From assembly GCA_945285405.1 (NCBI GenBank), contig CALYQJ010000003.1:2761-66760 (forward strand): a DNA stretch of 64,000 nucleotides, read 5' to 3'. The translations under genes were made by a program, and so were the position numbers. Positions 61,503 to 64,000 of this stretch are shown here, in pieces. This stretch comes from an uncultured Lactobacillaceae bacterium (lineage in GTDB: Bacteria; Bacillota; Bacilli; Lactobacillales; Lactobacillaceae). Positions within the stretch are counted from its first letter, which is position 1. Each line of letters begins with the position of its first letter. The notes beneath the pieces are model-generated. The model was not told where the DNA came from. It saw only the letters and a program-made list of their open reading frames with translations, and did not search any database.

Positions 61503-61537
61503 AAAAAGTTCTTAATCAGACGGTTAAGAATTTTTTT
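61503..61537 (+). terminator. Terminator of the BlaI-M56-peptide cassette
   Basis: AAAAAGTTCTTAATC-AGAC-GGTTAAGAATTTTTTT. Confidence 0.8.
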
Positions 61538-61544
61538 ATAATTG

Positions 61545-61580
61545 AAAACAAAAAAACGCAGAATTGCGTTTTTTTGTTTT
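61545..61580 (-). terminator. Terminator of the aldo/keto reductase gene
   Basis: AAAACAAAAAAACGCA-GAAT-TGCGTTTTTTTGTTTT. Confidence 0.8.
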
Positions 61581-61599
61581 ATCTATATCTATATCAATA

Positions 61600-62487
61600 C
61601 TAAAGAAACGGAATTGGTTTTACAAAATCAAAATTATCTGGATCTTCATGTTGGGCTGTCTTCCCGGCTAAAGAGTTTAATTTCTCATGATCTGCATCAG
61701 TTAATTCAAAATCAAAAACTTGCGCATTTTCCTGAATATACTTTTCATGAGTTGATTTAGGAAGCGGTACAAAATCCGATTCTAAACTCCAACGTATTAA
61801 AACTTGAGCTATTGATTTATGATGTTCTTTAGCAATTTCTTCAATAATTGGTTGGTGCAATAAATTGCCAGTACCTAAAGGGGAATAAGCTTCTGTTAAA
61901 ATTTTTAAACTTTGATTGTATTTTACTAACTCTGGTTGCGGATCACCAGGATTAAGGAAAATTTGATTTACCATTGGTGTAATTTCCCATGTCTTTTGCA
62001 ACTCTTTAATATGCTTAGGTTGGAAATTACTAATACCAATTGCTTTTGCTTTGCCTGAACGATAAATTTCTTCCATAGCTCGCCACGTATCAGCATTAAT
62101 TTTTTGCCAACGATCACGATATTCGGTCGGTACTGGCCAATGAATTAAATATAAATCAACATAATCTAACTGCAAACGAGTTAAAGAATCCTGAAAAGCT
62201 TGTAAAACATGGTCATAGCTATCTCTTTGTGAATTCCAAAGTTTAGTAGTAACAAATAGCTGATCGCGATCAATTCCTGAATCTTTAATCGCTAAACCAA
62301 CTGATTTTTCATTACCATAAGTCGCCGCTGTATCAATATGACGATATCCCGCTTTTAAAGCCCATTTTACGGCATCATAAGCTTCATCGCCATCTTTTGA
62401 CTGCCAAGTTCCAAAACCAATGACTGGTATCTTTACCCCATTTGCCAATTCTTTAGTATCGGTTAATGAGTTTGCTTCTATTTTCAT
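61600..62487 (-). CDS. Aldo/keto reductase (AKR5, 2,5-DKG reductase-like)
   Basis: GFGTWQ, GYRHIDTAATY, FVTTKLWN, DLYLIHWP and PLPKS. Start refined to ATG 62487 after GGAGG. Confidence 0.93.
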   Translation of the reverse strand: MKIEANSLTDTKELANGVKIPVIGFGTWQSKDGDEAYDAVKWALKAGYRHIDTAATYGNEKSVGLAIKDSGIDRDQLFVTTKLWNSQRDSYDHVLQAFQDSLTRLQLDYVDLYLIHWPVPTEYRDRWQKINADTWRAMEEIYRSGKAKAIGISNFQPKHIKELQKTWEITPMVNQIFLNPGDPQPELVKYNQSLKILTEAYSPLGTGNLLHQPIIEEIAKEHHKSIAQVLIRWSLESDFVPLPKSTHEKYIQENAQVFDFELTDADHEKLNSLAGKTAQHEDPDNFDFVKPIPFL

Positions 62488-62556
62488 TTTGCACCTCCGT
62501 AAATATTTTAACATGACATTTACGGCCAAAATCACCTTTACTTTTTTAATAGTGAG

Positions 62557-63468
62557 TTAATAATCGCGCATTAAAATTTGCTTAATTTGATGACCAGCAT
62601 CAAATTGAATAATTATTTTTGCTTGCTGCCGCGATGGCGCAATATTTTGTTCAAAATTAGGCTGATTAATTTGAGCATAAGTTGCTAAAGCCAACTTATT
62701 AGCAGTATCGCGATCCATTTTAGCATATTGTTCATAGAAACTTCCTGGAGTAGCTTTATCTAATAATTGATCAAAACGTTGCACGAACCAATTAAGTATA
62801 GCTTCATTTGAAGCATTAAGATAAATAGTTATATCCATAGTTTCACTAAACGGATGCTGATTTAGAGGATTTATTTGAAAAGCGTTAATCCCCTCTATAA
62901 TCAAAAAATCTGCTGCACGTACTTTTTGCTTCTTATTGGTTAATATGTCATAAGTTTGATGATCGTAAATTGGAATTTCTTGAGCTTCATTGAAGCTAGC
63001 AGCGTTAATTAAAAATTGCCATAGTTTGTGATTATCAAAACTTTCAGGAAAGCCTTTTTTTTCCATTAAATCTTTTTGAACTAATTCAGTATTAGAGTAC
63101 AAAAAATTATCAGTAGATACAACTTCAATTCGAGCATTGGGATTGATTTGATGTAAGCTAGCAGCTAAATTATTAGCAAATGTACTCTTACCAACCGATA
63201 CTGCACCAGAAATTCCAATTAAAAAAGGAGTTTTACGCTTGTAAAAAGCGCCTTTAAAAAATTGATCAAAATTACGGTCAGAATTAATTTTTAATTTTTG
63301 TTCTAAACCAATTAAATAAAGTAAACCTAAAAAACTACTTTGTTCCCCTATTTGTTGCATTACTTGAGGCTTTAAGTATGCTGGATCAATTCTTCCCCGC
63401 AAACTTGTCATTTGAGAAACCGATTTTAAATTCAATTCGTGATAATTAAGCAAATCATTATTAGTCAC
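62557..63468 (-). CDS. coaA: Type I pantothenate kinase
   Basis: PFLIGISGAVSVGKST, STDNFL, KKGFPES, IIEGIN and INQPN. Confidence 0.88.
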   Translation of the reverse strand: MTNNDLLNYHELNLKSVSQMTSLRGRIDPAYLKPQVMQQIGEQSSFLGLLYLIGLEQKLKINSDRNFDQFFKGAFYKRKTPFLIGISGAVSVGKSTFANNLAASLHQINPNARIEVVSTDNFLYSNTELVQKDLMEKKGFPESFDNHKLWQFLINAASFNEAQEIPIYDHQTYDILTNKKQKVRAADFLIIEGINAFQINPLNQHPFSETMDITIYLNASNEAILNWFVQRFDQLLDKATPGSFYEQYAKMDRDTANKLALATYAQINQPNFEQNIAPSRQQAKIIIQFDAGHQIKQILMRDY

Positions 63469-63484
63469 TTCTACCTTAACCCCA

Positions 63485-64000
63485 TTAAATTTTAATTAAT
63501 TCATATGTATCTAAAGGAACTTGCTGTAATAGTGGTGAAATTTCACCAATTGTAATTAATTGAAGTTGATGCATTGCTCGTGAACACATTGTATATAACA
63601 ATTTTCTTTCATAATCTGCAGCAAAAGTAGCTTTGCTAACATCATAGGCAATTACTGAGTCAAACTCCAAGCCCTTTGCCAAGTAAGCGGGAATGATCAT
63701 CGTCATTTGAGATAAATGTTGCTGTGAAGATTGAATCAATAAATTCTTTAGATTAAATTTATCTAACACTTGTGACAACTTTTTAGCTTCAGCTAAGGTT
63801 TTAGTAATAACAGCAGTAGTAAAATGCTTTTTAACGTCCATTTCTAACAATCTAATCAACTGTTTAACTGCATCCGATTCATTACCACATAAAAATAGTT
63901 TAGGAAGTGATCCATCACGATCAAATGCTTCAATATGTTGACTATCAGCTAAAATCTCTTTGGTAAAATTCGTGATTTGTTTAGTTGACCGGTAAGATGT
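63485..64000 (-). CDS. helD: HelD-like RNA polymerase-recycling SF1 helicase, C-terminal part (runs off the window)
   Basis: The frame is open from 64000 (TSYRSTKQITNFTKEIL); YLAKGLEFD and LLYTMCSRAMH. Confidence 0.8.
   Translation of the reverse strand, partial: TSYRSTKQITNFTKEILADSQHIEAFDRDGSLPKLFLCGNESDAVKQLIRLLEMDVKKHFTTAVITKTLAEAKKLSQVLDKFNLKNLLIQSSQQHLSQMTMIIPAYLAKGLEFDSVIAYDVSKATFAADYERKLLYTMCSRAMHQLQLITIGEISPLLQQVPLDTYELIKI

Noticed and set aside
39782-61760. Short overlapping ORFs at 39782, 40517, 44195, 47074, 47913, 48625, 49554, 50931, 51571, 52480, 58430, 58669 and 61542
   Set aside because: They are antisense or out-of-frame overlaps of real genes or terminators and lack translation signals.

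Overview
AT-rich Lactobacillaceae-type chromosome segment with no recognisable IS element, prophage, integrase or CRISPR array. Positions ~0.8-40 kb are a minus-strand housekeeping backbone: gap-pgk-tpi-eno, DUF2252, recA-rny, tagO-like, comFA-comFC, hpf, secA, prfB (programmed +1 frameshift), ftsEX, pstSCABB-phoU, a liaXYZ-like operon with a LiaR/CesR-type box, hprK-lgt-gpsA, trxB, pgm, an HD-domain protein, uvrBA and rapZ-yvcK-whiA. Positions ~40-64 kb mix core and accessory genes: an AEC transporter plus D-2-hydroxyacid dehydrogenase, a hypothetical protein, an anchorless PrtP-like S8 proteinase, tRNA-Arg(CCG), murT-gatD, a GT4 glycosyltransferase, a MoxR/DUF58/transglutaminase triad behind lexA, pepF, an aldo/keto reductase, coaA and a partial helD. 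The best candidate for an undescribed system is a terminator-bounded cassette at ~59.6-61.5 kb. It encodes a BlaI/MecI-type repressor with an apparently damaged start codon, an M56 (BlaR1-like) membrane zinc protease lacking the penicillin-binding sensor, and a small secreted Tyr/Trp-rich peptide, which suggests a peptide-sensing proteolytic switch. Other notable items are a structured, possibly switchable gap 5' leader where cggR is missing, a MurT with all four zinc-finger cysteines replaced, a shared TTTGCGTAAT box before comFA and recA, and an N-terminally extended SecA. All family assignments come from motif recognition by eye; no searches were run.
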